32,000 bases of DNA from Gordonia phage Frizzle: sequence record PV366775.1; one strand, 5' to 3'. Under the pieces are notes generated by a model. It searched no databases. It was not told the DNA's origin and worked only from the letters and a program-made list of their open reading frames with translations. Below are positions 1 through 9,090 of this stretch, piece after piece; position 1 is the first letter of the stretch, and each line of letters opens with the position of its first letter. The translations under genes and the position numbers were made by a program.

Positions 1-2
1 CT

Positions 3-182
3 CCGGACTTGCCCGGTGACGACGACACGAGCAGCCGCAGGAGTGGCGGTCGTGGCGGGGACGCTCCTCTGGTTGGTACCCTTACTGTGCAAGCAGTCGA
101 CGTCGAGGACCAAGTGCGACAGGTCAACCGGACCCTTCGCACCCTCGCCAAGAGCGACACTCTTCTTGGAGGTTGGGGTTGA
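3..182 (+). CDS. C-terminal end of a gene truncated by the window edge, probably tape measure protein
   Basis: Open frame from the window edge ending ...VGTLTVQAVDVEDQVRQVNRTLRTLAKSDTLLGGWG* at TGA 180-182; overlaps the TTG start at 173; sits directly upstream of minor tail genes. Identity as tape measure is from synteny only. Confidence 0.5.
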   Translation, partial: PDLPGDDDTSSRRSGGRGGDAPLVGTLTVQAVDVEDQVRQVNRTLRTLAKSDTLLGGWG

Positions 183-1039
183 GCTACCCGCTAACGACCC
201 ACACGGTGGTGCGGTACGTTTCGCCGGACGGCGAGGTACTCCCGCTGTCGGGCGGTCCCGACGCTGGCAAGTACCAGGTCTGGCTGGGTCACGACCCGGT
301 CGGCCTGGGCCACGTCGAGACCAAGGCGCTGTTCGACGCGGCAGCGCGGCAGTGGGGCGAAGAGTACGTGGGTGAGACGGTCGACCACCAGGAGCTGGAA
401 CTTCCGCTGTTCGTGTTGACCGACCACACCGGGGTCGACGGTCTGCGTCGTCGCCGGGAGTGGCTCAAGAAACTGTTCCCCCGAGACCGGGTTGGTTGGC
501 TTTGCGTCTACACCAACGTGACCGGCTGGCGCTGGTTGGCCACCCGGCGAGGTAGCCTGAAGCCGGTCCTGGGAGCCGACCCCAACGCTCGTGGAGGTCT
601 CGAGCTCGAGCTGGTCCTACTGGTCGAGAACCCCCTCGCGAGGGTGGCGGACTCGAACGACTCCTGGCGCAACACCGAACTGACCGGTAGGGGATCGCTG
701 CTGCTGTACCCCGGCCCCGAGTACCACGGTTGGCCGCAGTTCACGGTTCGAGGTCCGGGCAGGTTCCGGTTCAAGTACCTGGACAACGACGTCCTGTTCG
801 ACTTCAACGTACTAGCGACCGAGACCCTGTTGGTGAACACCGACGAGGCTCGGCCGACCGTACGCGGCCGGACCGACGCGGGAGTCCAGCGGAACCTTCT
901 CCCGTTGGTCCGGGGAACCAAGTTCCGCACTCCGCTACCCAAGGACACCCCCACCCGCGTCGACGTCACGGTGACCAACGGAAACGCCAACTCGGCGGTC
1001 TACGGAGTGTGCGCGCAACAACTGGAGGGCCTGCTTTGA
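173..1039 (+). CDS. minor tail protein (distal-tail-protein-like)
   Basis: 288 aa ORF, TTG start, position between probable tape measure and a Gp37-like tail protein; start/stop overlaps on both sides. Confidence 0.65.
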   Translation: MGLSYPLTTHTVVRYVSPDGEVLPLSGGPDAGKYQVWLGHDPVGLGHVETKALFDAAARQWGEEYVGETVDHQELELPLFVLTDHTGVDGLRRRREWLKKLFPRDRVGWLCVYTNVTGWRWLATRRGSLKPVLGADPNARGGLELELVLLVENPLARVADSNDSWRNTELTGRGSLLLYPGPEYHGWPQFTVRGPGRFRFKYLDNDVLFDFNVLATETLLVNTDEARPTVRGRTDAGVQRNLLPLVRGTKFRTPLPKDTPTRVDVTVTNGNANSAVYGVCAQQLEGLL

Positions 1040-2640
1040 GCACCAGTCTTCGCGAGGCTTTCGCCCAGCTCACCTTTGACGAGAAGGACGAGCGCGACCT
1101 GCTGGCCCACCCGAAGGCGGAGCTGCAGCTACGCGACAAGGACAACCGGCTGTGGGGCCTGTCCGGCGACTACCGGGAGCTGAAGTTCACCGAGAAGGAG
1201 AACGAACCCGGTTCGATCACCTTCACTGTCCCGGACGACGAGTACTACCGCGAGTACTTCTACGGGTTCCCGAAAGGCCAGGCTCGGCCGGTGGTGGTGC
1301 AGCTGCCTTTCTACCGCACCTTGTGGTTGATCACCGACTTCAAGCGCAAGCGCGAGGGCCTGAAGCGGGTGATCGAGGTCTCCGGCGTACACTGCCTGGA
1401 GTACCTGAACTGGGTCCACCTGTGGCCCTGTCCCGGGTTCCCGGCTGAGTTCCAGCCGCTGCACTACTGGTTCGCAGTCGGACCGGCCGCGACCAACCTC
1501 GCCGCAGCTCTGACGGCCAACCTCGTTCGCCTCCAGGGCGAGCTGTTCTCGATCCCCTCCGGTAACCTGCTGGACCTGAACAACTGGAACGTGGTCAAGA
1601 AGGCTCTCTACCCGTTGGTGGTGAACCCGCGAAACAAGCTGGTCAAGGACACTTCAACCTGGATCACCGCGTCCTGGCGCATGGACAAGTGCCTGGACGC
1701 GTTCAAGGAGGTCTGCGACACTGAGGGCCTGACGATCACCACCACCTTCTTCGACCCCGACGCGGGCGACCCGCAGCCTTTCCCGGAGTACTTGGTGCTG
1801 AACCGGCCGACCCTGGTCGTAGACTTTGTTGAAAAGGGACCCCCGGTCGGGTTGACTGGAACGCTGCTGGACGGCCTGTTCCGTACTGGGGTGGCGATGG
1901 CCGACGACGCTCTCGAGTGGCTGTTCTACCCGGTACTCAACGCGGACAACTACGACGACTACCTGCAGAAGGCCTTCGGCCTGATCCCCGGCAAACCTTT
2001 TGTCTGCTACACCACCGGGCAGTACTCTCCGGTGCCCTCCTTTGAACAGACGACGCACGTCGGACTGGCCTCGCGGGTGACTGCCGGAGGCAAGTCGCCG
2101 GAGTGGGTGAACACCCTGCTGGTCACCGGAGCCAACCTGGCGATCGGCCTGCTGGGAACCGCGATCGGCGTACCTGGTCTGCAACTGGGGGTCTTCGAGA
2201 ACGCGGTCAAGAACAAGGTACTCGCGTTCCACTCGAGTGAAGACCGCCAGCGCGCTACCGAGGCTGGGCCGTGGCGGTTCCGCGAGACTTTCGCCGAGAC
2301 CTCCTCGACCGGTCTCTCGCTGACCACGTTCGCCGGGATGAAAACCGCACACTTCAAGTCCAGGTCGTACGTGAGCCACGCGATCGAGGTCTCCAACGGG
2401 GGTCCGTACTTTGCCGGCAAAGACGTTAACGTGGGCGACCCGGTCGGTGTCGAGGTGTTCGACGGTACGGTCGAGGTAGACCGGCTGAAAGAGCTCTCGT
2501 ACGAGGACAGCCGGACGGTACGCGGCAAGCTCACTCTCCAGGTCGGCTCGGCCGACGCGGAGCGCGAACCCGGCTCGCTGGCCCTGGGCAAGCTGCGGCG
2601 AGCCTTCCAGTGGGTTAACCGAGTGGCGTTGTCGGAGTAG
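1036..2640 (+). CDS. minor tail protein, ReqiPepy6 Gp37-like family
   Basis: The ORF track starts at 730 but the likely start is TTG 1036 (TTGA overlap with previous stop); MSTSLREAFAQLTFDEKDERDLLAHPKAELQLRDKDNRLWGL... resembles Gp37-like actinophage tail proteins. Confidence 0.7.
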   Translation: MSTSLREAFAQLTFDEKDERDLLAHPKAELQLRDKDNRLWGLSGDYRELKFTEKENEPGSITFTVPDDEYYREYFYGFPKGQARPVVVQLPFYRTLWLITDFKRKREGLKRVIEVSGVHCLEYLNWVHLWPCPGFPAEFQPLHYWFAVGPAATNLAAALTANLVRLQGELFSIPSGNLLDLNNWNVVKKALYPLVVNPRNKLVKDTSTWITASWRMDKCLDAFKEVCDTEGLTITTTFFDPDAGDPQPFPEYLVLNRPTLVVDFVEKGPPVGLTGTLLDGLFRTGVAMADDALEWLFYPVLNADNYDDYLQKAFGLIPGKPFVCYTTGQYSPVPSFEQTTHVGLASRVTAGGKSPEWVNTLLVTGANLAIGLLGTAIGVPGLQLGVFENAVKNKVLAFHSSEDRQRATEAGPWRFRETFAETSSTGLSLTTFAGMKTAHFKSRSYVSHAIEVSNGGPYFAGKDVNVGDPVGVEVFDGTVEVDRLKELSYEDSRTVRGKLTLQVGSADAEREPGSLALGKLRRAFQWVNRVALSE

Positions 2641-2653
2641 GCCCGAACACGAC

Positions 2654-2684
2654 GAGACCCCCGACCTTTGCGGCCGGGGGTCTC
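2654..2684. terminator. intrinsic terminator-like hairpin between convergent genes
   Basis: GAGACCCCCG...CGGGGGTCTC perfect 10-bp stem between the + tail operon and the - genes. Confidence 0.75.
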
Positions 2685-2698
2685 GGTGTCAGGGTGTC

Positions 2699-3022
2699 TC
2701 AGTGGAAGCTAGGGACCTCCTCGGTGTTGGAGGGAAGGCGACCGTGGTCGCAGTAGTTGCCGAGGAGGCGTTCGCCCTCCTGCAGCAGGCCTTCCCAGGT
2801 GCTGGGGTTGTTCAGGGCCTCGGCAACGAGCTTCTGGACCGGGGCTCCTTCGGGGACTCCTGCTCGGACCAGTGCCAGGGTGAAAGCGGTCTCGGCGACT
2901 CGGCCTGCGGCCTGCTCCCAGTCGGTGAAACTGGCTCCCAGGTCCTGGACCAGCTCGTCAAGTTCGCGGACGAGCTGGGCGACGCGGTCCTGGCGGGCAA
3001 ACGAAACGTTGGTGAAAAGCAT
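2699..3022 (-). CDS. hypothetical protein
   Basis: 107 aa, ATG start, AAGGAG Shine-Dalgarno, promoter-like sequence 41 nt upstream. Confidence 0.75.
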   Translation of the reverse strand: MLFTNVSFARQDRVAQLVRELDELVQDLGASFTDWEQAAGRVAETAFTLALVRAGVPEGAPVQKLVAEALNNPSTWEGLLQEGERLLGNYCDHGRLPSNTEEVPSFH

Positions 3023-3062
3023 TGGAGTCTCCTTCTGGGTGTCTTTCTCGCTTACGTAACCC

Positions 3063-3092
3063 AGTTTACCAGGGGTTACCCTAGTAACGCAA
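3063..3092 (-). promoter_or_regulatory. sigma70-like promoter P1
   Basis: On - strand: TTGCGT-N18-TAAACT, same architecture as P2-P4. Confidence 0.65.
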
Positions 3093-3094
3093 GT

Positions 3095-3382
3095 TTACGC
3101 GTTACCCTCTTCCTCGCCGACCGGCTCGGCCGGTTCCTCCGGCTCGGCCGGTGCGCTGAACGAGGGAGCCTCGTAGGCCGGGAGCTCGGGCTTGACGTAG
3201 GTCGAGCCGTCGTTACCGCCACCCGGTGCGGCCGGACCGTGCGAAACGACCGGGGGAGGGCAGGGAGCCGGTCCCGTGGGGGTGTCCAGGACGCAGCTTG
3301 CTGCGGCCGAGACCTCGACGTGAGCCGGGGCCTGGTGGGGACCGGCGAGGGTCAGGACGAGGGCAAAGAGTGCTTCGAACAC
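3095..3382 (-). CDS. small possibly secreted protein with Pro/Ala/Glu-rich C-terminus
   Basis: GTG start at 3382 preceded by AAGGAG; hydrophobic N-terminus MFEALFALVLTLAG and acidic proline-rich tail; the longer 3095..3742 frame overlaps the DUF6011-like gene. Confidence 0.6.
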   Translation of the reverse strand: MFEALFALVLTLAGPHQAPAHVEVSAAASCVLDTPTGPAPCPPPVVSHGPAAPGGGNDGSTYVKPELPAYEAPSFSAPAEPEEPAEPVGEEEGNA

Positions 3383-3464
3383 GGTGTTCTCCTTAGGTTG
3401 GTTGGTTGACCTGCTCTGGCTGGTCGAGCAAGGGGAGCTCCGGAGAGCTCCCCCACTCGAACGG

Positions 3465-4058
3465 TCAGAACTTCTCCGCGCACTTGGGGCCGATCCCGGC
3501 CTCCCGGCTGGAGTCGTTAGTGAGCGTCCGGCCGCAGACCCCGCAGACTCCCAGCTCGTGGCCGTAGCGACGCGAGGCCTCCTCGGGTCCGACCTCCGCC
3601 ACCTTGCGCAGCACTGCGGCCGAGGTCTTGCGGTCCAGCCGCTGGTAGTCGCCCGAGACCTGCAGCTTGACGAAGGTCCAGCCCGCCCACTTGCCGGTCT
3701 CGGGGCGGTCCACGCGGTAGAACGCCAGGGAGTTGGTCGCACTTTCCCCGGTCTCGACCGCGTAGTGCCCGGCCGGAACGTCCGGCAGGTCCTGGGGAGC
3801 CTTCGGGGCCTGCTTCGGCTGGCTCGCGGCGACCTCGTCCTTCAGCTTCCGGTTGGTGGCCAGGAAGGCGTCGATGGTCTTGGAGACGGCCGACCGGTTG
3901 TGAGTCCGCAGCGACTCCTTCAGTGCGGGCAGGTCCACTGCGGAGTTGTCCTGGCCCAGCTGCTCGCGGAGCGAGACGAACTCGTCCAGGAGGCTGTCGG
4001 CGAAGGCCAACTGCTTGGCGGTGGCGGGGACTGCGGGTGCCTTGGTTGCGGTGCTCAC
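3465..4058 (-). CDS. DUF6011-like zinc-binding protein
   Basis: C-terminus CGVCGRTLTNDSSREAGIGPKCAEKF (CxxC...GIGPxC); GTG start with AAGGAG. Confidence 0.7.
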   Translation of the reverse strand: MSTATKAPAVPATAKQLAFADSLLDEFVSLREQLGQDNSAVDLPALKESLRTHNRSAVSKTIDAFLATNRKLKDEVAASQPKQAPKAPQDLPDVPAGHYAVETGESATNSLAFYRVDRPETGKWAGWTFVKLQVSGDYQRLDRKTSAAVLRKVAEVGPEEASRRYGHELGVCGVCGRTLTNDSSREAGIGPKCAEKF

Positions 4059-4190
4059 TGGTTTCTCCTTGGGGTTGAGTGCCTGACGTAGACTACGTTA
4101 CACTACTCCGGCCGTCGGCGCAAGTTCCGTCTCTTCCGGGGGTCGCGGTGTTAAACTTGAACCCGAACCCACAACCCAAGGAGAGACCCC

Positions 4191-5231
4191 GTGACCTTTG
4201 TCGTCTCGCGTGAACACGCCGAAAGCTTCGACCAGTGGGCTCGAGCTCGCGACGGTAACCCGTACGGTTACGGCGGAGCCTTCAACCTGAACCCGGACGT
4301 CTCGACCGACTGCTCGGGCCTGGTCCTGCAGTCGGCCGCGTACCTGACCAAGGTGAAGAACTGGGTAGGAAACCGCTTCGGTTCGACCGAGTCGTTCCGC
4401 CTGGACTACCCAGTGGTCTACGAACTCGGTTTCAAGCGCTTCTCCGGCGACCCCTCGCGACTCCCCTTCAAGCCGCTCCTGCTGGTCGGCCTGCAGCACG
4501 GAGGAGGGGGGATCTACTCCCACACTGCGTGCACCTTCTACGGTAAGGACGTACCCGGTGGTCCGGTCAAGGAGTCGGCTCGAGGCGTCGACTGGGAGAG
4601 TCAGGGCAACGGGGTCTACTACTACGAGGGAGCTCGGTACTGGAAGGACTCGCTGTTCCACGACTTCTGGTACTTGGACGCTAAGCTGGCTCCCGCAGCC
4701 CCGGCAGTGAACGAGATCGACGCCGAGGCCAAGCGGGCAGCAGCCTGGCTCGGTAAGCGGAAGTCGGTCGACTCGGAGGGCAAGCCGGTAGAGCACAAGG
4801 CCCCAGACGGCGAGGGTCGTTTCGCCCACTTCGAGAACGGTTCGGTCTACTGGCACCCGCGCGTCAACGCGGACCAGCCGGTCGGTCTCCGAGCAGTGGC
4901 GGTACCTAAGGACGTGTTCGAGGTCTGGGCGCGCGTCGGCTTCGAGACCGGACCTCTCGGGTACCCGCTCCTGCGCCACGTCGTGGACAAGGGAGTGGGC
5001 ACGATCCAGGGGTTCACCGGAGGTGCGGTCCACCGCAAGTACGGCACCTCGGGCGGTGTCCTGGTCGGCCGGATCGGCGACTCGTACTACAAGGACGGAG
5101 CCGAGAAGAGCCCGCTCGGCTGGCCGCTGGGAGACGAGGAGTTCTTCCAGGACGGACGGGTACAGCAGTTCGAGAACGGTAAGGCCTACTGGCACGCCAG
5201 CGGGGTTACCAAGCTTCTCAACGGAAAGTAG
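4191..5231 (+). CDS. lysA: endolysin (lysin A): NlpC/P60-like peptidase N-terminus plus LGFP-like repeats
   Basis: STDCSGLVLQSA catalytic-Cys motif and SHTACTFYG; C-terminal ETGPLGYPL / EKSPLGWPLGDEEFF repeats; followed by membrane proteins. Confidence 0.75.
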   Translation: MTFVVSREHAESFDQWARARDGNPYGYGGAFNLNPDVSTDCSGLVLQSAAYLTKVKNWVGNRFGSTESFRLDYPVVYELGFKRFSGDPSRLPFKPLLLVGLQHGGGGIYSHTACTFYGKDVPGGPVKESARGVDWESQGNGVYYYEGARYWKDSLFHDFWYLDAKLAPAAPAVNEIDAEAKRAAAWLGKRKSVDSEGKPVEHKAPDGEGRFAHFENGSVYWHPRVNADQPVGLRAVAVPKDVFEVWARVGFETGPLGYPLLRHVVDKGVGTIQGFTGGAVHRKYGTSGGVLVGRIGDSYYKDGAEKSPLGWPLGDEEFFQDGRVQQFENGKAYWHASGVTKLLNGK

Positions 5232-5236
5232 GAACA

Positions 5237-5611
5237 GTGAACGGAAAGCTTTTGTTCGGCCGCGAACCGGCCGGTTGGCTGGCCCTGGTCTCGGCAGCGG
5301 TCTCGCTCGTCGGTGCCTTCGCGGTCGGCTTCGACGCGCAGACGCAGGGCCTGGTGGTGGCGTTCGCGAACGCGGTCTTGGGAGCTCTGCTGGCCTGGCA
5401 GACCCGACCGCTGGCACCGGCCGCGTTCGTCGCGGTGGTCCAAACCGCCCTGCCGCTGTTGGTCGCGTTCGGTCTCGACTGGACCGCTGAGCAGCAGGCT
5501 ACCTTGCTGACGGTCTCCTCGGTCGTGTTGAACCTGGCGCTGGTCCGGCCGCAGGTTCAGCCGCTGGTGACCTACCGCTCCGAGGCTGGTCCTCGGCACC
5601 TGGAGGGTTAG
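5237..5611 (+). CDS. holin-like membrane protein
   Basis: 124 aa with several hydrophobic segments immediately after lysin A. Confidence 0.6.
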   Translation: MNGKLLFGREPAGWLALVSAAVSLVGAFAVGFDAQTQGLVVAFANAVLGALLAWQTRPLAPAAFVAVVQTALPLLVAFGLDWTAEQQATLLTVSSVVLNLALVRPQVQPLVTYRSEAGPRHLEG

Positions 5612-6258
5612 TGCACTTGCCCACGGTACAGGACGTCATCCCCGCTGGAAAGGTGAGGTTGAGGGTACAGCTTGTGTACCCCGAGCTCGCAGGCGTGCAG
5701 GTCGGTCTGTTTCTCGCAGCCCTGTACCGTGGGCTGGACTACGTCACCCCTCCGAGCGAGAGCCCCGAGTCCTTGAGTGTGGTCGAGAAAGCTCTCGCCC
5801 TCGAGGTCTGGGGAGTGGTGTTCTTGGTCCTGGGAGTCCTCGGTCTGGCGGGGTTGTTCTGGGTGAAGTTGCCGCTGACGGCAGTCGCCCACGGGTTCCT
5901 CGTCGGGCTGTACCTGGCGTTCGCGGTAGGTTCGCTCTGGTCAGTAGTGGGGCGAACGTCGAGTACTCCGAGTGTTTACGAGTGGGTTTGGGTCGCAGTG
6001 CTCGGGGGAGCTGCGACGGTTACCTGGTTGGTGACCTTCTTCAGTTTGAAGCGGTTCAGGGCTCTGGGCTACCTGGGAGTGGCGTTCTTCGCCACTGCGG
6101 CAGTCTCGGTCTACGCGTCTTCCTCGGGGGTCTACGGTTGGCGGACTGCGGCCGGTTGGCTGCTGGTCCTGTGCGTTTGTCACGGTGTGCTGGCGAACGC
6201 GTCCAGTGACGAGTGGCGTGCCCTGAAGGAGGACCGAGAGAGTGCCGAACCTTCCTGA
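5611..6258 (+). CDS. multi-pass membrane protein of the lysis cassette
   Basis: 215 aa, at least four hydrophobic segments, GTG start overlapping previous TAG. Confidence 0.6.
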   Translation: MHLPTVQDVIPAGKVRLRVQLVYPELAGVQVGLFLAALYRGLDYVTPPSESPESLSVVEKALALEVWGVVFLVLGVLGLAGLFWVKLPLTAVAHGFLVGLYLAFAVGSLWSVVGRTSSTPSVYEWVWVAVLGGAATVTWLVTFFSLKRFRALGYLGVAFFATAAVSVYASSSGVYGWRTAAGWLLVLCVCHGVLANASSDEWRALKEDRESAEPS

Positions 6259-6655
6259 CAACACCCCCGGCTGGGTGGTCCTAGCCCTGTTTGTTGCCTT
6301 CGGCCTGAAGTACCTGTTCCAGTTCCTCGCGGAAGCCTCGGAAAGCGCGGCGAAGGTCTTCGGGCCTCTCGGTCGCAGGTGGCGGCAGCGAGCTCAAGAG
6401 AGGGCAAGCGAGAGGGCACAAGAGTCCCCTCGGTTGTTGGAGACGGTACGCGAGGAGCGCGAAGCGTACGCGCGACGCTACCGGAACTCCGAACGCGCTA
6501 ACCAGGAGTTCTTAGACTGGTACACTAAGTGCGACCAGCCTTTCCACCGACGCGCCACCCTGCAGGCCGCTGAGTCCGGGTGCGAGCTCCCGCCCTGGGT
6601 TCCGCTCTCGCAGTGGCCACCGCCCGAGCCCCAACCCGAGGAGAACAACCGGTGA
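6242..6655 (+). CDS. single-TM protein with charged cytoplasmic region
   Basis: MPNLPDNTPGWVVLALFVAFGLKYLFQFLAEA... then Arg/Glu-rich coiled-coil-like segment. Confidence 0.6.
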   Translation: MPNLPDNTPGWVVLALFVAFGLKYLFQFLAEASESAAKVFGPLGRRWRQRAQERASERAQESPRLLETVREEREAYARRYRNSERANQEFLDWYTKCDQPFHRRATLQAAESGCELPPWVPLSQWPPPEPQPEENNR

Positions 6656-7017
6656 GCAGCAAGCAGGCCTACGCGGTACACGACCCGACCGTGGTCGACC
6701 TGGCCAAGTTCCTGGAGCAGACGCCGCTGTCGAACGGTGCGTCTGCTCCCCTGCCTCCGGGGGTCTCGCAGTTGGTCGCCCAGGCAGTTTGCAACTACAC
6801 CCAGGGCCTGGTCTGGGACCGCGAGTCTCGCAGTTGGACCGACTTGGACGAGTGGGCCAAGAACCCCAGTTTTGACGACGTCACGGTGCGCAAGCTGGAA
6901 GACGGCGACGACGTGGTGTACCGGCTCACCCACCGACCCACCAACCTGTCCGTGTTGGCCGAAACTCCCGAGGAAGCCTGGGAGACCCTGAAAGAGAAGG
7001 TAGCGCGACGTGCCTGA
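6652..7017 (+). CDS. hypothetical protein in tail module
   Basis: Likely GTG start at 6652 (GTGA overlap) rather than 6580; 121 aa. Confidence 0.65.
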   Translation: MSSKQAYAVHDPTVVDLAKFLEQTPLSNGASAPLPPGVSQLVAQAVCNYTQGLVWDRESRSWTDLDEWAKNPSFDDVTVRKLEDGDDVVYRLTHRPTNLSVLAETPEEAWETLKEKVARRA

Positions 7018-8092
7018 TGACCCGATCGAACGGTTCACAACCGAAGTTGAGGTGTACGGGATCCCCCAACCTGCGGGAGCTCCTCCGCTCACCGAGGCGT
7101 ACTTCCACGTGCGCTACCGGCCGGACGGGAACGCCGAACGAGCCAAGCTGGGCCTCCCGGCCTACGAGGGCAAGCAGGGTCCTCCCGGACCGCCCGGAGC
7201 AGTGCACCAGGGCGACCGGACCTCGGCGCAGCTCACCGCGCTGCAGGGGGTCCTGGGTCCGGAGCAGGTGAACTACTCCTACCGCAACACCGACACCAAC
7301 GACCAGTACGTCTGGGACGGGGAGTCGTTCGTGGTCTACCAGGACGTCTACCAGACTCCTGGCCCTCCGGGACCTGCACCAAACCTTTCTGCCGGCACCC
7401 TGACCGTGGGTGGCGAGCAGGTTGTAGACCCGGACTTCGGGGTGCGGGTGACCGGCACCAACCCGAACTACGTGGTCGACGTGGACCTGCCGCAGTTGCC
7501 TAAGGGCGACAAGGGCGACGTTGGTCCTTCGGGCTCGGTCTACACCTCGGTGGACGTGGACCAGACGGTGGCCCCGAACGACGGCGACGTCCTGGTACAC
7601 GACGCGGACGCGGGCAAGCTCGTCTGGTCTCCCGGCCAGTTCGTGACCGAAGAGTACGTGGTGCCTCCTTCTGGCTTCCCGAACGCCAGCAAGAGTTCCT
7701 CGGACCTGCGCCACCTGCTGGTCACTTTGCTGATCCCCGCCAAGCCGTACCGCTACCGCTTCGACTTCTCGGGCGGTGTGGACGTCGAGTCCAAGTCCGG
7801 ACACCAGATCGACCTGGAGGTCCGGTCGAACCTGGACACTCCGACGTCCCCCGAAACCAACGGTCCGCTGGTCGGTTACGGCAAGGGCCAGGACGGCGAG
7901 GGTTGGCGTGAGGTGGCCTTCCGCGCGCACTCCGACGTGGCGATCGACCCCTCCTCACACGAGGCCACGGTGCCTCCGGGAACCCCCGTCACCTTGTACG
8001 TCTCGGCCGTCAAGAAGGCCGGTATCCTGCTCGGTTGGAGTGTCCGTAACACCCGTGCACAGCTTCGGGTTCGACTGCTGCGGGTGAACTAG
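7010..8092 (+). CDS. minor tail protein with collagen-like motifs
   Basis: GKQGPPGPPGA, TPGPPGPAP, PKGDKGDVGPSG motifs; 360 aa. Confidence 0.7.
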   Translation: MPDDPIERFTTEVEVYGIPQPAGAPPLTEAYFHVRYRPDGNAERAKLGLPAYEGKQGPPGPPGAVHQGDRTSAQLTALQGVLGPEQVNYSYRNTDTNDQYVWDGESFVVYQDVYQTPGPPGPAPNLSAGTLTVGGEQVVDPDFGVRVTGTNPNYVVDVDLPQLPKGDKGDVGPSGSVYTSVDVDQTVAPNDGDVLVHDADAGKLVWSPGQFVTEEYVVPPSGFPNASKSSSDLRHLLVTLLIPAKPYRYRFDFSGGVDVESKSGHQIDLEVRSNLDTPTSPETNGPLVGYGKGQDGEGWREVAFRAHSDVAIDPSSHEATVPPGTPVTLYVSAVKKAGILLGWSVRNTRAQLRVRLLRVN

Positions 8093-9090
8093 TGGCAGTA
8101 GGTCGCGACCGCTTCTACTTTCCGCCTCCGCAGGTACCGGACGACGACGCTTTGGGTAACGCGCAAAAGCTGGTGGAGGAACTGGCGCTGCAGCAAGACC
8201 TGAACCAGGTGGACCAGAAGGCCACCGACGCCAAGAACGGCCTGGAACAACTGGTGACCGGGGTCGTCGGTTCGGGTGGGGTGCAAGACCTGGTTAACGA
8301 CCTGTTGGGTCTGAAGTCTGAGCAAGTGGCCCAGTCCGAGGCGATTGCCAACCTCGAGGAAGTTGCCGCAGCAGGAGGCGTGACCCAGGCGTGGGAGTCT
8401 AACCTGAACGACCTGGTCACGGTGCCGCGCGCACTGCTGATCCCCCAGGTTTCGAACCTAAGTTCGGTCACGGTTTCGGGTACTACCGGCTCGGGCGGTG
8501 CCAGCGGTGGTTCGCACACGCACTCGTTCAACGACGGCTCGCACACGCACTCGGTGAACACTAAGCTGCCCAGCTTCAAGCCGCAGGCGAACAACGTCTT
8601 CGGCAACTCCTCAGGCACAGTCTACTTCGCGCCGATCGTGGTCAACCGGACCGGCTACCTCGACCGGTTCCGCCTGATCAGCGGTGCCGACACCCTGCTG
8701 TTCACGATTGACGAGTACTGGTTGGCCCTGTTCGTCTACGACCCCACGGACGGGTACCTCAAGAAGGTCTGGCAGTCGGGCAACCTGAAAGACCAACTGG
8801 GCAACGGTCTACGGGAGGTCTCGTTCCCGATGGACCTCAACCAGCAGGTCTCACCCGGCCAGGTCCTGTTCCCTGCGCACCTGCAGCGGCAACCGGCTCT
8901 CGGCGGTTCCACACGTACGGTCGCGGCGGTCCCGCAGGGTGGCGTCTCCCGAGCCTCCGACGTGTTGCTCAAAGCGAGCTGTTACGAACTGTCCGGACAG
9001 ACCTCGATCCCGGCTTCAGTGCCCTTGACTGGCCTCGCCCAAAACAACGACTTTGTGCCCTGGTGGGCCGTTTCACTACAGGAGGCTTAG
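8092..9090 (+). CDS. minor tail protein
   Basis: 332 aa, coiled-coil N-terminus, GGSHTHSFNDGSHTHS motif common in tail fibres. Confidence 0.65.
   Translation: MAVGRDRFYFPPPQVPDDDALGNAQKLVEELALQQDLNQVDQKATDAKNGLEQLVTGVVGSGGVQDLVNDLLGLKSEQVAQSEAIANLEEVAAAGGVTQAWESNLNDLVTVPRALLIPQVSNLSSVTVSGTTGSGGASGGSHTHSFNDGSHTHSVNTKLPSFKPQANNVFGNSSGTVYFAPIVVNRTGYLDRFRLISGADTLLFTIDEYWLALFVYDPTDGYLKKVWQSGNLKDQLGNGLREVSFPMDLNQQVSPGQVLFPAHLQRQPALGGSTRTVAAVPQGGVSRASDVLLKASCYELSGQTSIPASVPLTGLAQNNDFVPWWAVSLQEA

Noticed and set aside
730-1035. N-terminal extension of ORF 730..2640
   Set aside because: Low-complexity out-of-frame sequence overlapping the upstream tail gene; TTG 1036 gives a conventional overlap start.
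1654-2379. 241-aa ORF on - strand
   Set aside because: Antisense to the Gp37-like tail gene; arginine-rich shadow composition.
3383-3742. N-terminal extension of the 215-aa - strand ORF 3095..3742
   Set aside because: Overlaps the DUF6011-like gene in another frame with shadow composition; GTG 3382 has an AAGGAG Shine-Dalgarno.
4098-5417. 439-aa ORF on - strand
   Set aside because: Antisense shadow of lysin A; no recognisable domain.
6926-7930. 334-aa ORF on - strand
   Set aside because: Antisense to the collagen-motif tail gene; no Shine-Dalgarno or domain support.
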